This document shows, one piece after another, positions 36,482-48,300 of a stretch of 64,000 nt of DNA (its first letter is position 1; every line of letters starts with the position of its first letter). The DNA lies in assembly GCA_046292385.1 (NCBI GenBank), contig JBKBRF010000011.1, positions 64,001 to 128,000 of the forward strand, read 5' to 3'. The stretch comes from Armatimonadota bacterium. GTDB lineage: Bacteria; Armatimonadota; SYMT01. The translations under genes and the position numbers were made by a program. The notes beneath the pieces are model-generated. The model made no database searches and was not told the origin of the DNA. It saw nothing but the letters and a program-made list of their open reading frames with translations.

Positions 36482-37495
36482 ATGAGCAGCTCCACGACCC
36501 CACCGCTGCACGTTCGACTCCATCGCCGCGCCTTTACCCGGTGGGCCGCCGGCGGCCTGCTGGTCTCACTCGGGGCCGGGGTGTCCGCGCAGCCGGCGAA
36601 GAAGCCCCGGCTCGAGTTTGCCGAGACGGCCGGGGTCTACCGGATCGCCTTCCACCCGGCGGGCGACCTGCTGGCAGTAGCGGTACAGGATGGACCGCTG
36701 GACCTCTGGGATCTCCGGACCGGCCAGCGCCGCGCACGGCTCCAGGCTGCCCAGAACCCGATCCCCAACTCGCTCGCGTTCAGCCCGGACGGCGCGACGC
36801 TGGTCAGCGGGATGGGAGACGGCGCGATCCTGGTCTGGGACGTGGCTTCCGGAAGTAAGAAGCACACGCTCCGGGGCGACGGCCTCGCGGTGGAGGCGGT
36901 CGCCGTCAGCCCAAACAACGGCATTCTCCGCGCCTCCGCCCTCTCGGGAGTGCGGCAGTGGGATCTCGCCGCCGGCCGGGAGCTTCCGGAGATCCCCATC
37001 GCCTCGGATGGCGGCACCACCCTCCCGGTCGTCCTCTCCGCGCGCGGGACGGTGCTGGCGGCGGTGGGGCTGGACCACAGCATCCGTGTCTGGCACCTGG
37101 CCGCCGGGAAGCCACGCGCGCTGACCCTGAAAGGTCACACCCAGCTCGTCAGCAAGCTGGCGTTCACCCCGGACGGAAAGATCCTGGTCTCCGGCGGCCA
37201 GGACGACCAGATCCGGGTGTGGGACACCGCCACCGGACGTCCCCTTCCCCTGAAGAGCAAGGCCGGCTTTATCGGAGACGTGGCAATCTCGCCGGACGGG
37301 CGCACCGCGGCATCCGGGACGTTCTCGGGCTCACAGGTCACGCTGTGGGACCTCGCTACCAACCGGGTGGTCGCCACGCTCCCCGGCGCCGATCCGGACC
37401 GCAGCGTCCTCGCGCTGGCATTTTCCGCCGACGGCCGCACCCTCGCCGTTGGGGAAGGCGATCGCATCCGCGTCTGGGACGTTCCGCAGCGCTAA
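36482..37495 (+). CDS. WD40-repeat protein
   Basis: Several AFSPDG...WD repeats, LKGHT; possible Tat-like RRAF signal. Confidence 0.88.
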   Translation: MSSSTTPPLHVRLHRRAFTRWAAGGLLVSLGAGVSAQPAKKPRLEFAETAGVYRIAFHPAGDLLAVAVQDGPLDLWDLRTGQRRARLQAAQNPIPNSLAFSPDGATLVSGMGDGAILVWDVASGSKKHTLRGDGLAVEAVAVSPNNGILRASALSGVRQWDLAAGRELPEIPIASDGGTTLPVVLSARGTVLAAVGLDHSIRVWHLAAGKPRALTLKGHTQLVSKLAFTPDGKILVSGGQDDQIRVWDTATGRPLPLKSKAGFIGDVAISPDGRTAASGTFSGSQVTLWDLATNRVVATLPGADPDRSVLALAFSADGRTLAVGEGDRIRVWDVPQR

Positions 37496-37519
37496 GGGGT
37501 ACGCTGGAGTGATTGGCCG

Positions 37520-37575
37520 CTGTAGCCTCGGACTGAAGTCGAGGCTACAGCGAGCGAAGTCCGCCTGCGCGGGCT
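37520..37575. repeat. REP-like palindrome
   Basis: TGTAGCCTCG-GACTGAAGT-CGAGGCTACA followed by CGAAGTCCGCCTGCGCGGGCT; a related CGAAG...CCGCCTCCGCGGACT lies near 21080-21120. Confidence 0.55.
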
Positions 37576-37822
37576 CAGACGTGCCGGCTCGAAAAGCTGG
37601 CGTTACTTACTCCCCACCCCCTTTGGGGGGGTGTGCGCCTGACTCGAAAACGCGGCGGCGGGTGAATTAGCGGGCAAAGCGGGATGTCTTAAGGGCAGAG
37701 AAATGAGTGCGGAGGGCGGGATTCAAAAGCTCGCGTGAGCGGCGCGGCCGGTCCTCCGCCCTCTGCACTCCGTCCTGATTTCATCCCCACATCCCCCTTA
37801 TCCCCCTTCTTACACCAGCAGC

Positions 37823-38593
37823 CTACCGCACGGTGATCGGGGCGGTGGCTTCGGCGACGCGGCCGCGGTCCTGAGACGGGATCCAGGCGCGCACGGTATA
37901 GCGGCCGGTCGGAACGCGCATGCCCTCGTTGTTGCGGACGTTCCAGTTCACCCCGTAGGTGTGCGCTTCCCCCGGACGAAAGACGGTGCTGGTGAGCGCC
38001 TGGGTAAAGAGGCGGCCATTGCCCCACCGCCAGACGGAGCGGCCGTCGCGCAGCACTTCGAAGTCGTACGCCTGACCGCTGGTGCGCGGGATCTCGAGGG
38101 TGCGCTCCGTCGGGTTGGTGATCGTGAAGGTGAGCGTCACGCTGCCGTTTTGAGTCACCGAGGTATCGGATAGCTCCAGCTCAGCGCGGAGCGGGGTTTC
38201 ATTCGGCTCCTCATCATCCGGCCGGGCCGGGACCGGAGCGCCGGGTCGCGCGGGACGGACCGGGGCCGGGGTGCCGGGCTGGTTTACCTCGATCTCCACC
38301 CGGACGATATTCGCGCCGGTAATGCCGCCCTGCTCTCCGGTGATCTCCCGCACCCGGTAGCGGACCATCCGGTCGGCGCCGGGAAGCGCCCGCAGCGCCC
38401 GCGCCACCGCGGCGTCGAGCGCCTCCTGCACGCTCCCCTGGCGCGAGACTCCCTCGTAGACCCGAATCGTTTCCGTGCGGCCGGCCGGGGCCGGCTGGAG
38501 ATCTCGCGCCACCTGCGCTCCCGAAATAGCGCCGACCAGCAGCAGGAGCAGCCCTGCCGAGACGGTGACTGGGACGGTGAATGAGCGTCGCAT
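37823..38593 (-). CDS. Exported protein with C-terminal BsuPI (intracellular proteinase inhibitor-like) domain
   Basis: Signal peptide; SGQAYDFEV....VWRW..GRLFTQAL....RPGE matches BsuPI. Confidence 0.75.
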   Translation of the reverse strand: MRRSFTVPVTVSAGLLLLLVGAISGAQVARDLQPAPAGRTETIRVYEGVSRQGSVQEALDAAVARALRALPGADRMVRYRVREITGEQGGITGANIVRVEIEVNQPGTPAPVRPARPGAPVPARPDDEEPNETPLRAELELSDTSVTQNGSVTLTFTITNPTERTLEIPRTSGQAYDFEVLRDGRSVWRWGNGRLFTQALTSTVFRPGEAHTYGVNWNVRNNEGMRVPTGRYTVRAWIPSQDRGRVAEATAPITVR

Positions 38594-38851
38594 GGCAAAA
38601 TGGCTCCCTGGGGTAGTACGCAAGGTCTACCCCCGCGGCAGGGGGCCAAAACGGCGGTCGAGCGCAGAGCGGGCAACGGCCCCGGGGACCCGAGCCGCGA
38701 GTACTCCGTCAGTCCGGGATCGACGGGTGACCTTGGCAAGGGAGAGTGGGCGAGAGGGCGAGCTTGAGAAGCGGCTTACGAGCGCGGCTCTCCCACTCCC
38801 CCACTCTCCCTTGCTCCCACTCAGTCCTGGGAGAAGTAGCTGGACACACAG

Positions 38852-40201
38852 CTAGGCGGGACTGGCGTGGGTCCCGGCGTCCGCGGAGGCAGGGACCTTG
38901 CCGTCCAGGAGACAGCTCACGTTGGTGTCCCCCATCACGTTGATGGCGGTGCGGCAGCGGTCGAGGAACCAGTCCACCGTGATGAGCAGCGCGATGTACT
39001 CGGTCGGCAGCCCCACCGCGGTGAAGACCATCGTCATCGTCACCAGCCCCGCTTCCGGAATGCCGGCGGCGCCGACGGAGGCGACGACGGAAGTCAGCAC
39101 CACCAGGAGTTGCTGCCAGAAGCTCAGCTCGATCCCGAGCATCTGGGAGATGAACAGCGCCGACATCGCCTCGTAGAGCGCGGTGCCGTCGTTGTTGAAG
39201 TTGGCGCCCACCAGGGCGCCCAGGCTCGCGGAGCGGTCCCGCAGCCCCACCCGGTCCACCAGGCAGGAGTAGGTCACCGGCATGGTCGCGGTGGAGCTGG
39301 CGGTCGAGAACGCCATCACCAGCGCGTCCCGCGTTCCCCGCAGCAGCTCTCCCGGCCGGACCCACGAGCGCAGCCGGACGCGGACCAGGTAGTACGCCGC
39401 CTGGAGGACCAGCGCCAGCAGCACCGCGCCGATGAACGCGGCGAGCGCGCCGAACGGGGCGAAGCCTTCCTTTGCCACCACTCCGGCCACGACGCCGAAG
39501 ACGCCGATCGGCACGAGATCGATCACCCAGTGCAGGATCTTCAGCAGGGTATCGAAGGCGATCTCGATGAAGTCTTCGAGAGTATTGAGCGGACGCCGCC
39601 GCGAGCTCCGCAGCGCGATTCCGAAGGCGACGGCGATAATGATGACGCCGATCACCTTGTTGTTGTCGACCAGCGGACGCAGCAGGTTGTCCGGAACGTT
39701 GTCCAGGAACTGCGCGACCGGATCGGAGGCCGCCGGCGCCTTGATGCCGTTGTCCTTCAGGATCTGCATCACCTGCGGCGCCAGCGGATCCTGCGAGCGG
39801 TTCGCCACCGGCGGCGGCTTGGGCGCATCCAGCTTGGCCAGCGTGCCGGGCCGCACCAGGTTCGCCACCGCCAACCCGATGCAGATCGCCACGAGCGTGT
39901 TCAGGACGAGCAGGTAGGCGAGCCGGCCGACCGACCCACTGCCCAGCTCGGCCGTCATGAGCGCCCGGATGATCGCAATCAGGATCAGCGGCGGCGCCAG
40001 CGCCCGCAGGAGGCGGAGGATCAGGTCGCTGACCACCTGGAGCCACTCGACCTGGGGCCCGAAGGCTGCCCCCACCGCCGTCCCCAGCAGCAGCCCCGCG
40101 AGGATGCGCAGGTAGAGCGGCGCATGGTGCCACCGGGCGAACAGGCCCCGCTGCGGCTCTCCAGGCTCATGCTCCACGGCGGACGGCTGGTGCGGCATCA
40201 C
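38852..40201 (-). CDS. Dicarboxylate/amino acid:cation symporter (DAACS family)
   Basis: AFSTASSTATMP, GANFNNDGTALYE, SVGAAGIPEAG, DWFLDRCRTAINVMGD. Confidence 0.93.
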   Translation of the reverse strand: MMPHQPSAVEHEPGEPQRGLFARWHHAPLYLRILAGLLLGTAVGAAFGPQVEWLQVVSDLILRLLRALAPPLILIAIIRALMTAELGSGSVGRLAYLLVLNTLVAICIGLAVANLVRPGTLAKLDAPKPPPVANRSQDPLAPQVMQILKDNGIKAPAASDPVAQFLDNVPDNLLRPLVDNNKVIGVIIIAVAFGIALRSSRRRPLNTLEDFIEIAFDTLLKILHWVIDLVPIGVFGVVAGVVAKEGFAPFGALAAFIGAVLLALVLQAAYYLVRVRLRSWVRPGELLRGTRDALVMAFSTASSTATMPVTYSCLVDRVGLRDRSASLGALVGANFNNDGTALYEAMSALFISQMLGIELSFWQQLLVVLTSVVASVGAAGIPEAGLVTMTMVFTAVGLPTEYIALLITVDWFLDRCRTAINVMGDTNVSCLLDGKVPASADAGTHASPA

Positions 40202-40265
40202 GGCGGGCCGAGCTCCTGTTCTGTCGGAATCGCCTCGGGGGGGAGACCGTCCCGGTCGCTCCCGG

Positions 40266-41444
40266 CTACTGCTGCTCGAAGAGGAAGACGCCTTTCTTGT
40301 TGGAGATCACGAGGTCCGGGCGGCGGTCCCGGTTCATGTCGATCGCGGTGAATTGTGTGCCGACGCCCGAGTCGCGGTCGATCTCGTGGCGCGTCCACTC
40401 GACCTTGCCGTCCTTCCGCCGGAACTCGAACCAGTAGAGCACGGCGGGGTCGTTCGGGTTCACGTCGCCGTTCGGGCCGTGGGCCCACCAGCGCTTTCCG
40501 GTCACGAAGTCCGGCTGGCGGTCGCCGTTGATGTCGACCATCTGCACGGAGTGCGACTGTGAGAAGGTGTCGTCGATCGTGTGCTGTACGAACTCCGGCC
40601 CGTTGGCGCCCTGCCGCTGCTCGTACCACCAGACGCCGATGGCGTGGGCAGAGCTGCTGAAGACGTCCATGTCGCCGTCGCCGTCGAAGTCATAGGTGTA
40701 CATCGTGGCGCAGTCCGGTCCCAGCTTGGCGGGGACGAACTTCCAGCGCTCGGCGCTCCGGTCGGCCGGCTGCTCGTAATAGCCGTCTTTACAGAGGATG
40801 TCCGGCCGCTTGTCGCCGTTGACGTCTCCCACCCCGAGCCCGTGGGAGAAGCGGTTGCAGCCGGGCTCCTTCAGCCCGCCGATCAGGTGCTGCTGCCAGC
40901 CGCTCTGCGGGGTGCTGCCGGGGCGATAGAACGCCATCCGCTCTTCCTTGAACGGAGAGACGAGCTCCGGCTTGCGGTCGCCGTCCAGGTCGGCCCAGAT
41001 CGGCGTCTCGTTGCAGGCGCTCTCGGTGACCAGGTGCTCGGTCCACTCGCCGCCGCTCTTGCCGGGATTGCGGAACCAGACCGACTTCTCCCCCGGGAAG
41101 CCGACCACCAGCTGGTCCGCCCATCCGTCGCGGTCGAAGTCGCCGGCGAACGAGAGGAAGCAGTTGCTGTAGCCGGTCGCCGGCTCGAACTTCTGCGGCG
41201 GGCGGATCTCGTGGCGCTTCCAGTCCGGCGCCTCGTACCAGACGTTGCCGGCGAAGATATCGAGCTTGTCGTCCCGGTTGATGTCCGCCGCCGAGGCGCC
41301 TTCCGCGCGGAACTCGGTATCCAGGACCGTCTTCTTCCACCGCACCTCCTTCGGCGCCGTGCCGGCGGAAATGGCGGGGAGCGCCGCGGCCACCGCGGCG
41401 ACAGCGAAGGGAAGGAGCAGGGAGCCGGTAGGGAGACGAGACAT
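40266..41444 (-). CDS. Exported FG-GAP/VCBS repeat protein
   Basis: Signal peptide; repeated DxNxDGxxD motifs (DINRDDKLD, DLDGDRKPE, DVNGDKRPD, DFDGDGDMD). Confidence 0.88.
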   Translation of the reverse strand: MSRLPTGSLLLPFAVAAVAAALPAISAGTAPKEVRWKKTVLDTEFRAEGASAADINRDDKLDIFAGNVWYEAPDWKRHEIRPPQKFEPATGYSNCFLSFAGDFDRDGWADQLVVGFPGEKSVWFRNPGKSGGEWTEHLVTESACNETPIWADLDGDRKPELVSPFKEERMAFYRPGSTPQSGWQQHLIGGLKEPGCNRFSHGLGVGDVNGDKRPDILCKDGYYEQPADRSAERWKFVPAKLGPDCATMYTYDFDGDGDMDVFSSSAHAIGVWWYEQRQGANGPEFVQHTIDDTFSQSHSVQMVDINGDRQPDFVTGKRWWAHGPNGDVNPNDPAVLYWFEFRRKDGKVEWTRHEIDRDSGVGTQFTAIDMNRDRRPDLVISNKKGVFLFEQQ

Positions 41445-41616
41445 GGACGAGGACCTCTACGCGCGGTGTCCCGCGGAGACGACGACCGCGGACAGGTGGT
41501 AGTTGGGTCCGGGGCGGCCGGTTCCCTTCCCTGCCTCGCTCCGGGGGCGCTCTGGATCGGCCCGTACATGCAAAAGCGGACGGCACCGGAGTGCCGTCCG
41601 TCCACGCGTTCTCTAG

Positions 41617-41690
41617 TAGCGGGGGAGGGGCTCGAACCCTCGACCTTGGGGTTATGAATCCCACGCTCTGACCAGCTGAGCTACCCCGCC
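41617..41690 (-). tRNA. tRNA with CAT anticodon, probably elongator tRNA-Met
   Basis: GGCGGGGTAGCTCAGCTGGTCAGAGC...TTCATAA...GGTTCGAGCCC; G1:U72 pair; CCA not encoded. Confidence 0.9.
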
Positions 41691-41700
41691 GCGCCTGCGT

Positions 41701-41729
41701 ATTATGCCAGCGGCCTCAGGACGTGTCAA
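41701..41729 (-). promoter_or_regulatory. Sigma70-type promoter for tRNA-Met
   Basis: Minus strand TTGACA-17 nt-CATAAT. Confidence 0.75.
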
Positions 41730-41861
41730 TACCGTCGTCCGGTTCCGACGACAGCGTTGGCGGCGCTCATCCGGTTGCCTCCAGAGCGAGGTTCGAAGAG
41801 GTCGGCGCAACCACGGCGGGTGAGGTGCGTCACAGTGAGGGAGGCTCCTGCGGAGGACGGC

Positions 41862-43244
41862 ATGCTGAACCGGCGCGACGCGATGGTCCGGCTCGGGCAG
41901 GTGGGGTTGAGCGGGCTCACCCTGCCGGCGCTGCTGCGCGCGGAGCGGGCGGTGGCGGCTCCGTCCGGTCCGGCGCCGCGGGCGAAGGCGTGCATCCTGA
42001 TCTTCCTCTGGGGCGGGCCGCCGCAGCAGGACATGTTCGACATGAAGCCGGACGCGCCGGAAGGGATTCGCAGCGCGTTCCAGCCGATCAAGACGAACGT
42101 GCCCGGCCTCGAGATCTGCGACCAGATGCCGCTTCTGGCGCAGCAGGCGGATAAGCTGGCGATCATCCGCTCGATGACCCACGAGAGCGACGTGCACGAG
42201 CCGTCGGTCTACCGGGTGCTCACCGGGCAGGTCGACCCCACCCAGGTAATCCCGCGGAACAACCGCACGAGGGCGCACTTCCCCGGCCCGGGCGCCATCG
42301 TCTCCCAGTTCCTCGGCTGCGCCTCCGCGCCGGCGAGCGTGACGCTGCCGCGGCCGGTGATGCACGACGGCGTGAAGTACTCCGGCACGCACGCCGGCTT
42401 CCTCGGCGCGGCGCACGACCCGCTGGAGCTGCCCGACTCCGGCTTCGCGGACGGCCGCCCGGTCTTCGACCTCGGCCTCCCCTCCGGCGTCGACGCGGAG
42501 CGACTGGTGCGCCGCCGCGGGCTGCTCCACCTGATCGAGGCGCAGCAGCGGTCGCTCGACCAGCATGGCGCGGTCCAGGGCATCGACGCCTTCCGCGAGC
42601 GGGCGTTCAGCCTGATGTCCTCCCCGGAAGCGAAGGGGGCGTTCAACCTGGACCGCGAGACGGCGGCGATGCGCGACCGGTACGGCCGCAACCACTACGG
42701 CGAGAGCTTCCTCCTCGCCCGGCGGTTGATCGAGGCGGGCGTGCGGATGGTGACCCTCAACTGGATGTTCTTCCGGCCGGACGGAAACCCGCTCAACCCG
42801 TGGGACAACCACGGCGGCACGCCGGCGCTCGGGAACCTGGGCGGCTTCGACATGCTGAAGGCGGACTACTGCATCCCGCCGCTCGACCGCGCCTACTCCG
42901 CGCTCCTCGCCGACCTGGCGGACCGCGGCCTGCTCTCCGAGACGCTGGTGGTAACGACCGGCGAGTTCGGGCGCACGCCGAAGATCAACGACAAGCAGGG
43001 GCGGGAGCACTGGGGGCACTGCTACTCCGCCCTCGTCTCCGGGGGCGGTGTCCGCGGCGGGCAGGTCTACGGCGCCAGCGACGAGCACGCCGCCTACCCC
43101 GCGGACCAGCCGGTACGGCCGGAAGACCTGCTGGCGACCATGTACCACGCCCTCGGCATTCCGCCGGAAGGCGAAATCCGGGACGGCACCGGTCGCCCCC
43201 ACCGGTTCTGCACCGGCACCCCCGTCACGGCGCTGTTCGGATAA
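41862..43244 (+). CDS. DUF1501 domain protein
   Basis: Tat-like NRRD; FLWGGPPQQDMFDMKP, LLARRLIEAGVR, WDNH, GEFGRTPKIN..GREHW, GGGVRGG. Confidence 0.92.
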   Translation: MLNRRDAMVRLGQVGLSGLTLPALLRAERAVAAPSGPAPRAKACILIFLWGGPPQQDMFDMKPDAPEGIRSAFQPIKTNVPGLEICDQMPLLAQQADKLAIIRSMTHESDVHEPSVYRVLTGQVDPTQVIPRNNRTRAHFPGPGAIVSQFLGCASAPASVTLPRPVMHDGVKYSGTHAGFLGAAHDPLELPDSGFADGRPVFDLGLPSGVDAERLVRRRGLLHLIEAQQRSLDQHGAVQGIDAFRERAFSLMSSPEAKGAFNLDRETAAMRDRYGRNHYGESFLLARRLIEAGVRMVTLNWMFFRPDGNPLNPWDNHGGTPALGNLGGFDMLKADYCIPPLDRAYSALLADLADRGLLSETLVVTTGEFGRTPKINDKQGREHWGHCYSALVSGGGVRGGQVYGASDEHAAYPADQPVRPEDLLATMYHALGIPPEGEIRDGTGRPHRFCTGTPVTALFG

Positions 43245-43256
43245 GCTCCCAGGTGG

Positions 43257-43345
43257 TAGCAGGTTGGCAGGTTGGCAGGTTGCAGGTTAGCCGTCCGCGA
43301 GACGGGTTCGGAACCTGCCAACCTGGAACCTGGAACCTGCTAACG
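43257..43345. repeat. Palindromic element with GCAGGTT arms, between convergent genes
   Basis: (G)GCAGGTT repeated four times...GGGTTCGG...AACCTG(G/C) repeated four times, ending CTAACG. Confidence 0.75.
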
Positions 43346-43400
43346 ATGAGACTTACGCTCCCAGCCACCACCCGATGACGCGGTCTGCCACGCGCAGCAG

Positions 43401-44336
43401 TCAGGCCGGTCGCGGCGGCAGCTCCCGGTAGCCGGGGGTCACCTGGGCGATGTTCGGCGTGAGGTCCGCCTCCACGTTGCCGAAGACCCAGGAGAGCCCG
43501 CCCAGGAAGACCGACTGGAAGATCGGGCTGGTCCAGACGTCCTCCCGGTGGCCCATGGAGGTGTAGAAAACGCGTCCCTGCCCGTGCTTGCGGGCCCAGG
43601 TGGAGGGATACGGTGGGCGCTGGTAGTCGGAGCCGTTCATCCCCTCCGTCTCCTGCACCAGCAGCACGTGGAGGTCGGGGCGGAAGTCCTTCAGGGAGTA
43701 CCACTCCTCCATCATCCGGAACTGCTCCCCGGTCTTTACGTTCAGCGCCGCCATGCCGGGGAAGCGGGTGTCGACCACGCGCATCCCCGCCACCTGCTGC
43801 GGCCCGTGCCGGATGAACTCCGCGCCGATCATGGCGACGTACGGGTCGACCCTGTCCCCGTGGTTGACGAACCGGTTGGAGCGGTCCGGCGGGTCCGGCT
43901 GCGTGTGGAACGTGTCGGTGGCGCTGTGCGTGCCGATGAACCCCTTGCCGGCGCGGATCGCGTCGAGGAGCGCCTGCTTCCCCTGCGGCGTCATCGGCGG
44001 ATTCTTATCGGTGCCCGGCGTGGTGAGATCGCCCGTGGTGTAAAAGAAGAAGGCGTCGTACCGGGCCAGGTTCTCCGGGGTGAAGACGGAGCCGTCCTTG
44101 GTCGACGTCACCTCAAAGCCGTGCTTCGGTCCCAGCTCCGCGAGGACCTTCTCCACGTGGCTCGGCTCGCCGTTCACCCGCTTGATCACCGGATGCTCGA
44201 AGCCGGACGACTTGCTGAAGAAGAGCAGCCTGCGGACCTGCTGGCCCTGTGCCGCCGCCCAGCCGAGCGGGAACGTGGAGAGTCCCATCCCGGCCGCCGC
44301 CGCGCCCGCCCCGGCGAGAAGTCGTCGCCTGTTCAT
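43401..44336 (-). CDS. ThuA domain protein (Tat-exported)
   Basis: MNRRRLL; FSKSSGFEH, GFIGTHSATD, EEWY, GRVFYTSMGH. Confidence 0.88.
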   Translation of the reverse strand: MNRRRLLAGAGAAAAGMGLSTFPLGWAAAQGQQVRRLLFFSKSSGFEHPVIKRVNGEPSHVEKVLAELGPKHGFEVTSTKDGSVFTPENLARYDAFFFYTTGDLTTPGTDKNPPMTPQGKQALLDAIRAGKGFIGTHSATDTFHTQPDPPDRSNRFVNHGDRVDPYVAMIGAEFIRHGPQQVAGMRVVDTRFPGMAALNVKTGEQFRMMEEWYSLKDFRPDLHVLLVQETEGMNGSDYQRPPYPSTWARKHGQGRVFYTSMGHREDVWTSPIFQSVFLGGLSWVFGNVEADLTPNIAQVTPGYRELPPRPA

Positions 44337-44378
44337 ATCGGTTACTCCTGACGTGCGCCCCGCGGGCCCGTTCCCGCG

Positions 44379-44987
44379 CTAGGAGAAGGAGACGCCGGCC
44401 TCCCGGAGACAGTCCAACACCCGCGGCAGCGGCTCCTGCCAGAGCCACGCCGGCCTCATCCGGAAGCCCGGGATCGCGATGGATGAAAGCCAGCCCGCCT
44501 CTTCCGCCACGGGGGCGTACTTCCCCTCCGGCCCGATCCGGTAGAGGTGAAGCACCTGGTACGCCGGATCCACGACCCAGTATTCGATAACTCCCGCCGC
44601 CTCATACTCGGCGAGCTTCTCGCGGCGATCGCGGTCGACACTCTCGGGGGAGACAATCTCGAAGGCGGCGTCGGGCGCTCCGTCGAGATAGGTACGGCGG
44701 AGCGTATGTGTCTTCTCCGCGCTGACAAAGAGCAGATCTGGCACCCGCCGAAGCCCCGCCCGCAGCCGCACCTGGAACTCCGGCCCGCGGACGCGACCGA
44801 CAGGGTTGACCTCGAGATAGTTCCCCAGCAAACGCGCCAGGAAGTGGAACAGGTCGTCATGCACCGCGGATACGGGAGACATCTCAACGATCACCCCGTC
44901 GACAAACTCCGCACGGGTGTCCTCGTCGCACCATGACTCGAACTCCTCCTCGGTCATCAGCCGCGGGATCTCTGTGCGCATCGCCAT
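44379..44987 (-). CDS. Uma2 family putative endonuclease
   Basis: EFVDG...MSP, VPDLLFV, GAPDAAFEIVSPES, K...YEAAGVIEYWVVDP. Confidence 0.92.
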   Translation of the reverse strand: MAMRTEIPRLMTEEEFESWCDEDTRAEFVDGVIVEMSPVSAVHDDLFHFLARLLGNYLEVNPVGRVRGPEFQVRLRAGLRRVPDLLFVSAEKTHTLRRTYLDGAPDAAFEIVSPESVDRDRREKLAEYEAAGVIEYWVVDPAYQVLHLYRIGPEGKYAPVAEEAGWLSSIAIPGFRMRPAWLWQEPLPRVLDCLREAGVSFS

Positions 44988-45000
44988 CAGCGCAGCCCTC

Positions 45001-45612
45001 CTACCTCTGCCGGATTGCGGCCAGACAGTCCGTCACGCGGGGAAGACGCTCCTGCCAGAGCCAGTCCGGGCGCATTCGAAAGCCCTCGATCGTCTCGGAG
45101 TACAGCCAGCCATCCGTCTCCGGCACCCGGGCGTACTTCCCGTCCGACCCCAGCCGGTACAGGTGGAGCGTACGGGAATACGGATCGATGAGCCAGTATT
45201 CCGGGATCTGCGCCGCCTCGTAGTCGAGGTACTTCTCGCGCCAGTCCCGCGCCTCGCTCTCGGGGGAGACGATCTCCCACACGGCGTCCGGCGCACCCTC
45301 GATGAGATTCTCGCGGATGCGGTCGCGATGCTCCGAAGCAACATAGGTGATATCCGGGACTCGTCGGAGGGCCGGTCGGAGGCGTACGGCGACTTCGCCG
45401 CCGAAGATCTCGCTTCCCTCCCGCGACTCCAGGTGCACGCGCAGGAGCGTCAGGATGAACACCGCGAGCCGTGCGTGATTGGTAGAGACCGGTGACATAT
45501 CGATGACCACTCCGTCGACGAATTCGGCGCGGGTGTCCTCGTCGCACCAGGCGTCGAACTCTTCCTCCGTCATGCGGAGCTCGGACGGGTGTCCTTCCAA
45601 CTCCAGGCTCAT
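45001..45612 (-). CDS. Uma2 family putative endonuclease (tandem paralog)
   Basis: EFVDG...MSP, VPDITYV, GAPDAVWEIVSPES, YEAAQIPEYWLIDP. Confidence 0.92.
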   Translation of the reverse strand: MSLELEGHPSELRMTEEEFDAWCDEDTRAEFVDGVVIDMSPVSTNHARLAVFILTLLRVHLESREGSEIFGGEVAVRLRPALRRVPDITYVASEHRDRIRENLIEGAPDAVWEIVSPESEARDWREKYLDYEAAQIPEYWLIDPYSRTLHLYRLGSDGKYARVPETDGWLYSETIEGFRMRPDWLWQERLPRVTDCLAAIRQR

Positions 45613-45713
45613 CGCTCTCTCCGCGTCTCTGGTCCAGGAGCAAGGGCGAGCAGGCGAGGGGAGGTGGACCGGGCTCTCCCACTCCCCCACTCCGCTTTCA
45701 CCCACTCCCGGCG

Positions 45714-47669
<1,956 letters not shown>

Positions 47670-47832
47670 GAACTCGATTCTCCTCAAACGCGCGGCGCCT
47701 GCGGTCCGGAGCGGCGCCACTCTACGAGCTTAATTGTCCGGCTCCTCCGCACCTGCCTTCCCTCCTCGTAACGAGAACAATTGTTTGCGTCTGTGGTACG
47801 AGGGGAAAGACGAGGCCGGAAGGAGACGACAG

Positions 47833-48300
47833 ATGAGCAAGGTACAGGAGCGGAACGAGCGACGAACGGGAGAGACGTCTCACGGGCGCGGCGGTGCGGC
47901 GGAGGCCACGCGGGGAGAGGAACTGCACGACTCGCCGATGATGGTCCACCTGCTTGAGGCGCTGCGGGCCGGCACCGACATCGGGCACTTCGGCCGCCTC
48001 ACCTTCGCGATGGTGGCGCGGCACTTCATGCCGGAGGAGGAGCTGGTGAAGCTGCTCGCAAAGCAGCCGGATCAAGACCAGCAAAAGGCCCGCGCGCTGG
48101 TGCTGCAGGTCCAGCGAAAGGGCTACAACCCGCCGAAGCGGGAGCGGATTCTGGAATGGCAGGCCCAGCAAGAGTTCCCGATCTGCCCGGACGGGGACGA
48201 CCCGCAGGCATGCAACGTCTACCGCGAGCTGAAGCTGCCGGAACAGGTCTACGCCCAGATCCAGGAGTTCTGGGAAGAGCGGGCAGAGGCGGAGGAGTAG
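47833..48300 (+). CDS. Hypothetical protein resembling the primase large-subunit C-terminal domain
   Basis: AGGAG RBS; PMMVHLLEAL..G.DIGHFGRL...YNPP...ICP...CN. Confidence 0.7.
   Translation: MSKVQERNERRTGETSHGRGGAAEATRGEELHDSPMMVHLLEALRAGTDIGHFGRLTFAMVARHFMPEEELVKLLAKQPDQDQQKARALVLQVQRKGYNPPKRERILEWQAQQEFPICPDGDDPQACNVYRELKLPEQVYAQIQEFWEERAEAEE

Noticed and set aside
41617..41690. Initiator tRNA-fMet
   Set aside because: Position 1:72 is G:U rather than the C:A mismatch, and the anticodon stem lacks the G29-G31/C39-C41 run. Ile2 is not formally excluded.
44379..45612. Restriction-modification or toxin-antitoxin system
   Set aside because: No DNA methyltransferase or antitoxin adjacent; Uma2 nuclease function is unproven.
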